Shown here piece by piece: positions 35,281 to 45,447 of a stretch of DNA of 64,000 nt. Position 1 is the first letter of the stretch; every line of letters starts with the position of its first letter. The notes below the pieces were generated by a model. It did no database searches, was not told where the DNA came from, and was given only the letters and a program-made list of their open reading frames with translations. The DNA is from a virus (taxonomy: Duplodnaviria; Caudoviricetes): positions 64,001 to 128,000 of IMG/VR virus record IMGVR_UViG_3300029288_000071; one strand, 5' to 3'. Position numbers and translations under genes: made by a program.

Positions 35281-36888
35281 TTAGCCTACCAAATAACTTA
35301 AATCTTCACCTGCTACTACAAAAGGATTTTTATTTTGTCCTTTTCTAACATTTTCTTGTTGAATTGATGTATCTTCAACTGAATGTCTACCTTTTTCAAT
35401 ACTAATAGAATTTAATAGAGCTTCTGTTTGTAATATATCAGATGAAGTTAATCTTAAAGTAATATTTCTTACAAATAATCCAATAGCTAATGCCATTACT
35501 AAGTCATCATGTGTTTTTTCTGCTGCTTGAGCTCTAATTTGATTCCCAGTATTAACCCAAATAAATCCTTTAATTTCATCTAATAATCTTGATGAATGAA
35601 TAATATATTGTTTTTGTGTTAGAGTTTCAGCATATGAATTAATTACTAAAGGTCTGTTTTTAGGACCTGTAGTAAATCCTGGAATCTTATCAGGTCCCGG
35701 AATTGACCAATTTAAAGGATCAAAAAATAATTGTCCTTCTACTTTCTTTGACCAATACATCTTAGGATATTGAGAATCTAATACTCTTTGAATTGCTGCA
35801 TATCCAACGTTATTATTTTCACAAACAATCATTGCATTATTATATCTTCTTCCGACTTGAACAAGTAAATCACCAAATGTACTTGGATTTATTTTTCCTT
35901 TATATTCTGCTACTTGTTCCATATCTTCTACACAAGATACAATAATTGTAGAATAGTCTCCACCATCTCCTCTAGCAATATCTGAACTTAAAATGTAATT
36001 CTTTCCATATTCCATTTCTTTCCATATCCAGAAATTATGATCAAAAGCTTCTTTAGAAATTGGTTCTCGTATATAATTCTTTTCATACCATTCAATAGTA
36101 TCTGCATCAATAACAGTGTTTCCTGATTTTGCAAAATCACAACAGTATTCTTGAGCCCATTGAGCAGTTGTCATTGTAGCGCGTTCAGATTCTGCCCAAG
36201 CTTCATCTCTTTCAGGATGCAAACTCCAATGTAATTTTATAGGGAAAAAAGCTGCAACATCGTCAGATTGTCCTGATTCTGCTTTAACCCATTGCTCATG
36301 GAACCAGTTTCCAATACCTTTTGGAGTAGAAAGAATTACTGCAGATCCACCAGTTGCTAATGTAGGTCTAGCTGAAGTCCAAACTTCTTCAACTAATTTA
36401 TTTTTTATCATTGCAGCTTCATCAAATATCAATAAAGATAAAGCTTCAGATCTTGCTGTATCAACAGTTGTAGTAGAAGATTTAATTACTGATTGATTTT
36501 CTAATTGAATAGATTGTTGATTATCATTTGTTTGCGCTGGTACTAACCATTCAGGTACACTATTAAGAAACAATTTACATTTTCTGATAAGATTAGTTGC
36601 TACATTCCCTTTATTTGCAAGAATAAGAATTTCTTTAGCATTAAAAAAACAAGCTAACCACACACAATAAGCAGACATAAGAGTTGATAAACCCATTTGT
36701 CTGCCTTTTACAATAATAACAAATCTATTTTCTAACATTCTTTTTATTACGTTAGTTTGAAAATCATACAAACCAAAAGGTATAATACCACGGTCAGGAT
36801 GTTTAATACGTCCATATTTGTTAATAAAGTAACAAGGATCTTGTCTACATTTAGCTATTTCAGCTATTTGATCATTTGTTAATTGCAT
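35281..36888 (-). CDS. Terminase large subunit (T4 gp17-like)
   Basis: KGRQMGLST, LLIFDEAA, ILSTPKG, DIARG.G.DYS, HDDLVMA. Confidence 0.95.
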   Translation of the reverse strand: MQLTNDQIAEIAKCRQDPCYFINKYGRIKHPDRGIIPFGLYDFQTNVIKRMLENRFVIIVKGRQMGLSTLMSAYCVWLACFFNAKEILILANKGNVATNLIRKCKLFLNSVPEWLVPAQTNDNQQSIQLENQSVIKSSTTTVDTARSEALSLLIFDEAAMIKNKLVEEVWTSARPTLATGGSAVILSTPKGIGNWFHEQWVKAESGQSDDVAAFFPIKLHWSLHPERDEAWAESERATMTTAQWAQEYCCDFAKSGNTVIDADTIEWYEKNYIREPISKEAFDHNFWIWKEMEYGKNYILSSDIARGDGGDYSTIIVSCVEDMEQVAEYKGKINPSTFGDLLVQVGRRYNNAMIVCENNNVGYAAIQRVLDSQYPKMYWSKKVEGQLFFDPLNWSIPGPDKIPGFTTGPKNRPLVINSYAETLTQKQYIIHSSRLLDEIKGFIWVNTGNQIRAQAAEKTHDDLVMALAIGLFVRNITLRLTSSDILQTEALLNSISIEKGRHSVEDTSIQQENVRKGQNKNPFVVAGEDLSYLVG

Positions 36889-38030
36889 TATTTCTTTTTA
36901 CCACCTGCTGTATAATGAGATTTATATCCCTTCTTTTTCATCCACCAAGCTAATGCATAGGGATTCATCTTTTCTAAAATAGCACATTCTTTTTCAAATT
37001 TCTCAGGATGTTTTTTCATTGCTTTAACAGTTCCAGAAAATCCGGGAGGACATGCTTCATTTTTCTTTTTAGCTTTTCTAGCAGCAGCCATTCTATTACT
37101 ATTTCTATTTCTGAGTGCTTGAGTTTCATTCCTTCTTTTAGCTTCATTTACTACTTCATCTTCTTTTTTCCCACACATTTCATCTAATTCTGCTAATTGA
37201 GCAGCTTCTAATTTTACATGTTGGATTGATTGAATATTAGCTATTTTAAATGCTCTTAATCCCTTTCCTAAAACGCCCACATAGACATTATCCCCACTTA
37301 TTTTTGTAAATCTACCAAAGTAAGTTTTAACTTCACCTGTTGAAGCTTTTTTGTAGCGCATTGCTGCTTCTGCTTTATCAGAAACAAGATTTTCTACTTC
37401 TTGCTTTGCTACTTCAGTTAAAACAGTTTCATGAATTACTTTTTTTAATGTTGATTTATTAATTTTCATTTTGTTTTCTAAAAGTTCATTCTCAAGTTTA
37501 TCATAATCTTTTTTAACTTGAGAGATAGGTTTATTATATTTTTTTGCTAAATCTTTATATTCTTCATCAGTAGCTCCTGAAAGATACAATTTTTTAAGTT
37601 CAGATTCATAAGATTCAATTAATTTTTTACTTTCCCATGTTATGGGTTTATTTAAGAAACTAGTTGGTAAATTTACCTTCATACCTGATACTGCTAAAGT
37701 AGCTGTATCTCCTAAAGCTGATAAAACTTTATATTTTTGTTCAGGTTTAATAAGTGATTGAACTCTAGCTGGAAGTTTTGATATTGCTTTCTGAACTATT
37801 GATACTTCATCACCTGAATCAATCATCTGACCTTGAGCACCAAGACCTTCTAATACTTCACCACGCAATGCTTTTTGAGCATAAATTCTTTCTTTATCAT
37901 CAAGTTTATCATAAATTTTTGTACTTTGCTTATACAATTCTTGTTTCAAATAAATATCTGAATTAGGTTTTGCTTCTAATTTTTTAAGTTTTCTAGCTAA
38001 TTCTATGTATTGATCTACTTCTTTTCTCAT
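36888..38030 (-). CDS. Putative internal head polyprotein
   Basis: Internal MKINKSTLKKVIHE; NPYALAWWMKKKGY. Confidence 0.55.
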   Translation of the reverse strand: MRKEVDQYIELARKLKKLEAKPNSDIYLKQELYKQSTKIYDKLDDKERIYAQKALRGEVLEGLGAQGQMIDSGDEVSIVQKAISKLPARVQSLIKPEQKYKVLSALGDTATLAVSGMKVNLPTSFLNKPITWESKKLIESYESELKKLYLSGATDEEYKDLAKKYNKPISQVKKDYDKLENELLENKMKINKSTLKKVIHETVLTEVAKQEVENLVSDKAEAAMRYKKASTGEVKTYFGRFTKISGDNVYVGVLGKGLRAFKIANIQSIQHVKLEAAQLAELDEMCGKKEDEVVNEAKRRNETQALRNRNSNRMAAARKAKKKNEACPPGFSGTVKAMKKHPEKFEKECAILEKMNPYALAWWMKKKGYKSHYTAGGKKK

Positions 38031-38306
38031 TTATCTTCTCGTTCTACTTGCTGGTGGAAATTGTCTTGGTTGATTTCTTTGTCCAAGATATTTATGTTCA
38101 ACTCGATCTCTTCTATTTGGGTGTTGAAACATATAATTCTGATGATTGTCTATATACCAATAATGTTGAATAGGATGCCATACCCACAATGGATGAGTTA
38201 TTGTTACTCCAATATAATCAGAAACATATTCAGTATCAGTAGTTACTACTTGTGTATAACAACCACAAAATAAAAAAATTAAAAATAAAAATATTAAATT
38301 TTTCAT
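38031..38306 (-). CDS. Small lipoprotein
   Basis: Signal peptide with lipobox-like FCGC. Confidence 0.5.
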   Translation of the reverse strand: MKNLIFLFLIFLFCGCYTQVVTTDTEYVSDYIGVTITHPLWVWHPIQHYWYIDNHQNYMFQHPNRRDRVEHKYLGQRNQPRQFPPASRTRR

Positions 38307-38821
38307 AAGTGATGTTCCTTTGCTCTTTTATCTACTTCATCTACAAATTCCCCCCAATCAATTTTTGTAGGATCCATTGTATTAGGATCAAAATTTATTG
38401 CTTCACCAGGTTCAGGTTTCCATACTTCTCTTCCAGAATTCATTCTTCTAGTTTCATTAATTGATTGTTTAGTAGCTTCTTGAAAAGTAGTTGTTGGACT
38501 AAAATCAATTCCTTCTAATGCATTTTCTACTTTTTCTTCTACTGGTATTTCATCCATTATTTCATTAATTAAATCATTTCCTGTATCAATTTTCTTTTTT
38601 TCAATTAAATGAGGAGCTTTTTGCTTTACTATATGCACTTGCTGTTTTTGAGCAGGTACTTTAGTTGATATTTTTGTATTATTAAAACTTTCTAAAAGTT
38701 GCTTTTTTAATCTTTTAGATTCTATATCAAATTCTTCACGAATAATTTCTCTAATTTGAGAAGAAATTTCTTTCATGATCAAATCTGCTAAAGCATTAAT
38801 TTGGCTTCTTTTGACTTTCAT
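38303..38821 (-). CDS. Hypothetical head-module protein
   Basis: MKVKRSQI...IREIIREE. Confidence 0.55.
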   Translation of the reverse strand: MKVKRSQINALADLIMKEISSQIREIIREEFDIESKRLKKQLLESFNNTKISTKVPAQKQQVHIVKQKAPHLIEKKKIDTGNDLINEIMDEIPVEEKVENALEGIDFSPTTTFQEATKQSINETRRMNSGREVWKPEPGEAINFDPNTMDPTKIDWGEFVDEVDKRAKEHHL

Positions 38822-38838
38822 TTTTTAAATCTTTCAAC

Positions 38839-39447
38839 TTAAAATTTACTAATTTTATCTAAAATGTTATTAACTGCTACTATTCTATCAATTTTAGGAT
38901 TGTAGAAATATTTCTTATGAAAATCATAAGATTCTGTTAAAATAGCTTTAGATACAGATGGATTTGCTACTGCATCATAAGTAATTAATTGTAAATCTTC
39001 ATTTACAATTTCATGATTTTCATTATTTCTTCGAGTTGAACCAAAAGCTCGTGAGCTTGTTCCTACTGAACCACCAGCTTCAAGAATAGCTTTTAAATCT
39101 TTTCCTTTTGAAGTATTTAATACTTCTGCTTTACCTACAACTTTATTATCTTGCCATTGAAGTTCTTTTATTAACCAGCAAGCATTGCTAAGTTCTATAA
39201 TAGAACTATCTGGATGATCTAAAGCTCCGTATGCTCTATTCTCTTCAATCATCTTTTGAAATTTTTCAACTTCTCTTTCAAGAATTTCTTTTGGATAAAT
39301 TCTATCATTTTCATTTAAGGTTCCTGCTTCTGAGAATATTCCAGAAAGAATAACAGGTCCACCAGATTGAATTTGTTCTTTAATTAATTGCTGATTATAT
39401 GCCAATGGTCTGTAAGTAAGCAATAATCTTTGTTGTTTATTTTCCAT
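38839..39447 (-). CDS. Prohead core protease (T4 gp21-like)
   Basis: NENDRIYP, GALDHP, GTSSRAFGS, YDAVANPS. Confidence 0.9.
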   Translation of the reverse strand: MENKQQRLLLTYRPLAYNQQLIKEQIQSGGPVILSGIFSEAGTLNENDRIYPKEILEREVEKFQKMIEENRAYGALDHPDSSIIELSNACWLIKELQWQDNKVVGKAEVLNTSKGKDLKAILEAGGSVGTSSRAFGSTRRNNENHEIVNEDLQLITYDAVANPSVSKAILTESYDFHKKYFYNPKIDRIVAVNNILDKISKF

Positions 39448-39701
39448 ATTATTTAATTTCCTTGATAATGTTTGTAAGACTCAATTGCTCAATAGTCTCT
39501 TTATTAGCTCTTTTATTCATAAAGAAACGTTTTCTAGTTTTATCTGTAAATTCAATAATTACAGAAGTTTTTTTAGGACTAACAGATTGTACTTTTCCAA
39601 TTTTATTTTTATACTTGACAGTTCTGCCTACAGTGAATTCTTGTAACAAACTTATCTTCTTAATACGTTCTGATTCAATCTGATTTATAATTTCGATTAA
39701 T

Positions 39702-40703
39702 TTAGATAGATGTTTTTTCAAGTTTTTTCTCTTTAAGTACTTTTTTGAATATTCGAAAATTTTCTTTCAAATTCATCATTGCAGTCATAACTGATTTATA
39801 TCTTTCAGGTGATATTTTACCTGATTTTAATTGATTTGTTAAATGATCAAATTCTGGTGAATCCATAAAAGACTGTTGTCTTTGTTTTGCAGCATTATCT
39901 GCATGTGTAGGAATAGGTTCAGATTGTTTTGGCTTTTCTGGTGTTTTTGCAGGTACAGATTTTGTACTAGGTTTTGACATTTTAGCAAGCTTTTGTGATA
40001 CACTTGGCTCTTTTACAGGTACTTCTTTATTTTGTTGCCCAGCTATCTGATCAATTCCTTCTTTAGCTTGCCATTTTCTCCATAATGGATAGTAAGCAAC
40101 ATCATCTAAATCTCTAGGTTGTTCTAATCCTAAAGCAGAAATCATTGCTCGTTTTTCTTTTTGAATCTTTCCAGCTAAACTCCAACCAAAATTAGTACCT
40201 TGATCTAAAAATAATTTTTCATAAGTTTTTTCACCATTCTCTTTTCCATATTTGTCTATAAAAATCTGTTGACAATGACCATAATCTACTGGTCTATCTT
40301 CTCGATTATACATTCCTCCTACTGAAGAAGAATCAATTGCTTTCATTCTTTTAGGTCTTGGCTCATTATCATATTTATGACTATAGCCTTCTCCATGAGC
40401 AATTTTTATAGGAGCATTTTTCCAATCAGTAGTATCAGGTTTTGTAGCAAGTTGTGCAGGAGCAGAGGTAGGTTCAGATTTTGTAGGAACAGGTGTAGCA
40501 GATTTTGCTGGTTGTTGAGTTGGTTGTTTTCCACCAACTTTTACTAATTGTCCTCCCTGACTTTTAGCAACTACTTTACCAGATTTATCTTTATATCTTC
40601 CAAATCCAGCAGAAGTTAGTCCTTGTTGTTTAGCTTGATCTGAAGCTTGAGATTCAATTATTTCTAATATTAGTTTTTTTAGTACGGACTTCCTTATTTT
40701 CAT
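39702..40703 (-). CDS. Putative internal head protein
   Basis: MKIRKSVLKKLILE; AKQQGLTSAGFGRY. Confidence 0.55.
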   Translation of the reverse strand: MKIRKSVLKKLILEIIESQASDQAKQQGLTSAGFGRYKDKSGKVVAKSQGGQLVKVGGKQPTQQPAKSATPVPTKSEPTSAPAQLATKPDTTDWKNAPIKIAHGEGYSHKYDNEPRPKRMKAIDSSSVGGMYNREDRPVDYGHCQQIFIDKYGKENGEKTYEKLFLDQGTNFGWSLAGKIQKEKRAMISALGLEQPRDLDDVAYYPLWRKWQAKEGIDQIAGQQNKEVPVKEPSVSQKLAKMSKPSTKSVPAKTPEKPKQSEPIPTHADNAAKQRQQSFMDSPEFDHLTNQLKSGKISPERYKSVMTAMMNLKENFRIFKKVLKEKKLEKTSI

Positions 40704-41190
40704 GTACTTTTCTCGGGCGTATGATGGCGAACCATCTTTTAATTACTTTAACATCTTCTTCTTCCCACCAGTGCTCCATAAAAGTATCAATTCTCATTTT
40801 TATGTTTTTTGAATATCTTGTTTTTTCACCTTCTATCCAATTTGAAGGATCAGCTAAATATACAAATGATTCATCAATATCATAAATAACTGAATAGTGT
40901 CCATTATTTCCATTATTAACTCCTGATTGAAAGCAAACTAAAACAGGAATATTTCTTTTTAAATATTTTTTTATATCTTCTAAATTACCATTTATTCTTG
41001 AATAAAAAGAAAAACCAAATTCATGAGAAAGATTTCGCATTGTTTGAAAATCTGTTCCTTCTTCTGTAATATCTCCTAATAAAATAAGTTCTTGTTCAGA
41101 AACTTTAACTTTGTAATAGTTAAAAATAGTTCTAAGTGCTGCTGGGCCACAAGTATAGTTAGTTTTCTGCTTACATGCTCTTAGGTTCAT
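40654..41190 (-). CDS. C39-family cysteine peptidase
   Basis: Q...YTCGPAAL, GHYSVI, LADP. Confidence 0.85.
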   Translation of the reverse strand: MNLRACKQKTNYTCGPAALRTIFNYYKVKVSEQELILLGDITEEGTDFQTMRNLSHEFGFSFYSRINGNLEDIKKYLKRNIPVLVCFQSGVNNGNNGHYSVIYDIDESFVYLADPSNWIEGEKTRYSKNIKMRIDTFMEHWWEEEDVKVIKRWFAIIRPRKVHENKEVRTKKTNIRNN

Positions 41191-41615
41191 TAGATATCAA
41201 TTTAACCTTCTTGATAATATTGAATTTCGTCTAGTATTTTATTCAAGTGTGACTCAATTCTTGATTGCGTTGCAGAACTCATTGAAGATGTGCTTAATTG
41301 TCTCATCAATTTTAATTTGTAAGCCCACAATTCATTTGCAATCGCATCAAATTTAGGATTGATTTTTCCTTCTTTTATTGAAAGCTGTTGCTTTTCTCTT
41401 AATTTAGATATCTTATGAGCTTCTGAAACGAGCTTCTTCATTGTTAGCATTTTCTTTGTCTTTCTTCTGAGCTTTTATTCTCTCAGCTTGAACAATTTCT
41501 TGTTCTATTGATAAACAAATCTTATTTAAGATTGGATATACATCTCCATAATGTAATTTTGAAGAACGCAGAATAGCTCTCATTAATTCCAATCTAAATT
41601 TTTTCTGATTCATTT

Positions 41616-42062
41616 TTAATTTCCTTGTGACATTGCATCAGTCCATAAGAATGCATAGCAATCAGCAGAAGTTAAAGCAACACTAGACAATCTAATGTAT
41701 CTACAAGGAATATTTGAAATTGTAATCATATTATATCCAGAAGATAAAACAGCTAAATCAACCCAATTAGCAGTAAAAGATGGATTGTATCCTACTGGAA
41801 TTGATCTTCCACTTTCGGGCATTGAAATATGATCATTCCAATCAATTCCTGTAGCACCAGCACTGATAAGATTACTACTGTTTGTTTGAATTGTAATATC
41901 ACTTAGTGCTGTAGTTCCTCCAGCTAATGTAAGTGTCCAATTTGATGCACCGCACCAAACAAAATTAGAAGCTGTTAATCCTGCAGCTGTCATAGATGAA
42001 GTAGTATCTCTTTTTAAAATAACTGCATCATCTTGATATATTGGTCTAAATGTACTTGACAT
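41616..42062 (-). CDS. Small beta-rich virion protein
   Basis: S/T-rich; CRYIRL. Confidence 0.5.
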   Translation of the reverse strand: MSSTFRPIYQDDAVILKRDTTSSMTAAGLTASNFVWCGASNWTLTLAGGTTALSDITIQTNSSNLISAGATGIDWNDHISMPESGRSIPVGYNPSFTANWVDLAVLSSGYNMITISNIPCRYIRLSSVALTSADCYAFLWTDAMSQGN

Positions 42063-42078
42063 GTTTTTCCTTAAAAAT

Positions 42079-43425
42079 TTATATTGTTGCTACAATATTT
42101 TGAATCCTGTTTGTTTCTTTTTCTAAATGCTGTTCAATTATTGTTGTATAAAACTCTACTTTGTTATCAATATGATTATTTATGTCATATTTTTCTTCTA
42201 CCCATTTTTTACCATCTTGAGCAACTTTTTTGTATTCATCAAGATGAGTAATAACATAATCAAGACATTGTTTCCATTTTTCTGGATTTTCTTGATCAAT
42301 TGCTAAACTTTTTGCAGCTTCTGTTTTAAGAGATTTACCTCCTGGAGCTGCTAGGGGCATCATCTCAAACATATCATGATAACCACCAATATTTGTCCAA
42401 AGAGGAATTACTCCATATTTAAAATACTCTACAACTTTAATTTCAGATTTACATTGATTAAAAGTATTATTTTCTAAATAAGCTAATCCTATGTCAAGAT
42501 CTTTATAGAACTTTCCATATTTTTCTAATTCAACTGCATTATAAAATTCTACTCTTGTTTGATCAAAATCTTTGAATAAATTTTTAACTCTCCATCTATA
42601 AGTTCGTTGTTCATCAGTAATTTCTTTTTCAGAAAATGTTTTATTTCCTTTAGCATCTACATTAATTGTAACTTCAGTATCTTTTATAGCCATACCACTG
42701 AGTATAAAATGAGTATTTGGGAATTTATCATGTGCATATTTCAAAATAGGAACCATCTTTTTAATATCTTCAAAATGACTTGTTAGTCCAACCCATCCAA
42801 TTACAATCTTTCCATTATATTTTTCATCTCTTTTTAAGCTCCATTGGGGTTGTGACCAATCAAACATATTTCTTACAATAGATACATTTTTATTGAAATT
42901 TCTGAATGTTTGTTGTAATTTTCTACCAGTTGTAGTAATATAATCAGATTCTTTAAGAGATCTAACTGACATTTTGTCCTTACCAGCACTTAACCACATT
43001 TCTCTCATTGGATGTCTTAAAGGTAAATTGAACTCATTATCATCTACATCATGAAGAATGAGAGCTCTCTTTTTTGTTTTAGGCCATACTTTATAAATAT
43101 TATGTAACCAATCATGTAAATGACCTGCTCTATGTACTATTATTAAATCAGCTAACTCTAAATGTTTTGCATTTAAATTATTATCTGCATAAATCAAATT
43201 AAACTTTTCAGGATATTTTCTTGCTATTGCATACATTGGTTCTTCTATTCTAAAATAAGAAGTTCCAGTTCTGCTTGGTGTACTAAAAACTATTGTTCTT
43301 CTTGAAAAATCATATCTATCAGGATTCATAAAAAACTTTCTCAACTTGTCAGTATTTTCAGGTGTTTCATCATGTGTAACTAATATATCTGCTATCTCTT
43401 TTGGATAGTTTTCGTGAACTGACAT
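42079..43425 (-). CDS. GT-B glycosyltransferase
   Basis: HDVDD, IGWVG..SH..D, DIGLAYL....FNQCKSEIKVVEY. Confidence 0.85.
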   Translation of the reverse strand: MSVHENYPKEIADILVTHDETPENTDKLRKFFMNPDRYDFSRRTIVFSTPSRTGTSYFRIEEPMYAIARKYPEKFNLIYADNNLNAKHLELADLIIVHRAGHLHDWLHNIYKVWPKTKKRALILHDVDDNEFNLPLRHPMREMWLSAGKDKMSVRSLKESDYITTTGRKLQQTFRNFNKNVSIVRNMFDWSQPQWSLKRDEKYNGKIVIGWVGLTSHFEDIKKMVPILKYAHDKFPNTHFILSGMAIKDTEVTINVDAKGNKTFSEKEITDEQRTYRWRVKNLFKDFDQTRVEFYNAVELEKYGKFYKDLDIGLAYLENNTFNQCKSEIKVVEYFKYGVIPLWTNIGGYHDMFEMMPLAAPGGKSLKTEAAKSLAIDQENPEKWKQCLDYVITHLDEYKKVAQDGKKWVEEKYDINNHIDNKVEFYTTIIEQHLEKETNRIQNIVATI

Positions 43426-43455
43426 CTAAAAAATCCTTTATATTATGTGTGAGAT

Positions 43456-44151
43456 TTATGCTTTCCAATCATCTGGAATTATTCTATCTATTTTACTTAT
43501 AACATCATTATGGCAATTAACCCAATCACCATCTATCCAGAAATCTCCATTTAGAACATTATTTTTAAAATTAGCATCCATTGGAACTTCTTTTAATCCT
43601 GCAGATTTTAATCTTTCTACAACTGAATTTATTTTGCCTTTTTTGATTGGTATAGCGCTTCGAGTTCGAGCACTTTTTCTGTCTTCATTCAATTCATGTT
43701 TTTCTAATGACTTATCATCAGAAGAGGGTGATTTTGGAAGTTCATATGTATTTGTTACTTTATATAATCCCATATGACCTGTTGTATAGTTTGAAACTGC
43801 ATCTATTACAGATGATTTTTCTTTTTCAATTGATAAAGTTTTTCCAGTAGCTTCTTTATACAATTGTTTGAGTTGTTTAACTACATCTGCAAGAGTATAT
43901 CTCAAATCATCAAGTACTTTTTCTTGTTCGAGATGTGATGTAGTAAGTGCTGTTATTATGAGATCATCACCAGAAAATTTATGTGTTACACCAGCTTTAG
44001 AAAATTTATCTAAAATATTTTCTATAACATCTATATCTGTCATTATAGTTGGTACATAGAAATTATCTCTTGGTTGACCATCATCTTCTTTTCTAGATTC
44101 AGAATAATCTGGTATATCAGTTAAATCTTTTTGTTTAATTATTTTAATCAT
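43456..44151 (-). CDS. Hypothetical protein
   Basis: 231-aa ORF. Confidence 0.55.
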   Translation of the reverse strand: MIKIIKQKDLTDIPDYSESRKEDDGQPRDNFYVPTIMTDIDVIENILDKFSKAGVTHKFSGDDLIITALTTSHLEQEKVLDDLRYTLADVVKQLKQLYKEATGKTLSIEKEKSSVIDAVSNYTTGHMGLYKVTNTYELPKSPSSDDKSLEKHELNEDRKSARTRSAIPIKKGKINSVVERLKSAGLKEVPMDANFKNNVLNGDFWIDGDWVNCHNDVISKIDRIIPDDWKA

Positions 44152-44678
44152 GTATGTTTCCTATTTTATGTTTTTCTTCCCATTTACGAAGAATAGCATC
44201 ATTTTTTGGATCTTGAATAAATTCAAAACAAGTTGAACACATACCAAATTGCTCATTACAATGATAGTCACAAAGCATTATTTCTAGAATATCATCATGT
44301 ACTTGCGAACACAAAACAAGGGAAGTAGCTTGAGATTCATCCACTTCCCTTAATTCAACACACTTATCACATTTCTTAATGTTTTGTTCTGTGTTATTTT
44401 TTTCCATTATGTTCTAGATAATCCGTGACGAAGCGCGGATCGGCTATAAAGCTCTTCACATTATCCAGACGTTCATCACAAATACCCAAAACTTTCATGT
44501 GTTGTAAAATATCAACTTTCTTTGTTGATCCGCAATATGAACAAATATTAAGTTTAAAAAAATCTGAATTACTTCCTGTACATTGAGGACAGGCAATCAT
44601 TAATTTACGTTTCATTGTCAAGCTTTCTTGTTAAGTTTTCAAGTTTAATTCTATAATAAATATAATAGAACAATTTAA

Positions 44679-45437
44679 TTAAAATACAAAATAATGTACT
44701 CCGAACATCAAATTATCTTGCCATTTATCTGCAGAGTTATTAATTTTATAGTTAATGTTGAACCAATATTGTTGATAAAACCGAGTTGTTATACCTACAT
44801 AAAAATCTTTAATTGCTAAAGTTTGAAGATTAATTCCAAAGTTTTTTGGAAGTTGTTCTGGTTTATATTTTTGTAGTCTCATAAAAGTTGCTTCATCTAA
44901 AGTAGATATTCCTTTTAACTTTACACCTTCAGTAAGACTAGTAGTTCTATACATCCATTTTTGTGTTATTTCATCTTCATATAGTTCTGCTTTTATTTCA
45001 ATTGGATCAAATTCCATTCCCAGAGACCATCTATTACTTTTTGCTTTTAAGTCATATTCAGTCCAACCTGCATATCTAACAAAAGATTTAGAACCATCAA
45101 ATTCAACTGTAATTATTGAATCTCGAATTGTAACATGTCCTTCTCCTATAGCTTTTATACTATCTATCAATATTTCAGTATTCGATTTTAAAGCTATATT
45201 CTCGTTTTTGAGTTTAGTATTTTCATCATTTAAATTTGCTACAAAAGATGTCAAAGTAGTTACTTTTCCTGCTAAAATATTTACAGAATCTTTATAAGCT
45301 TGCTCATTTTGAGTTTTTACATCATTATCAAATTGTAATCTTTGATTTTCTTGATATAAATGATAAACCCATGCACCAAATGCAAATAAAGCTATTACTA
45401 CAATAGCTATTAAATATGTTTTAATTGAACTAATCAT
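44679..45437 (-). CDS. Membrane-anchored coiled-coil protein, possibly spanin-like
   Basis: N-terminal TM, coiled coil, C-terminal amphipathic beta strands ending in F. Confidence 0.45.
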   Translation of the reverse strand: MISSIKTYLIAIVVIALFAFGAWVYHLYQENQRLQFDNDVKTQNEQAYKDSVNILAGKVTTLTSFVANLNDENTKLKNENIALKSNTEILIDSIKAIGEGHVTIRDSIITVEFDGSKSFVRYAGWTEYDLKAKSNRWSLGMEFDPIEIKAELYEDEITQKWMYRTTSLTEGVKLKGISTLDEATFMRLQKYKPEQLPKNFGINLQTLAIKDFYVGITTRFYQQYWFNINYKINNSADKWQDNLMFGVHYFVF

Positions 45438-45447
45438 AACTATTTCC

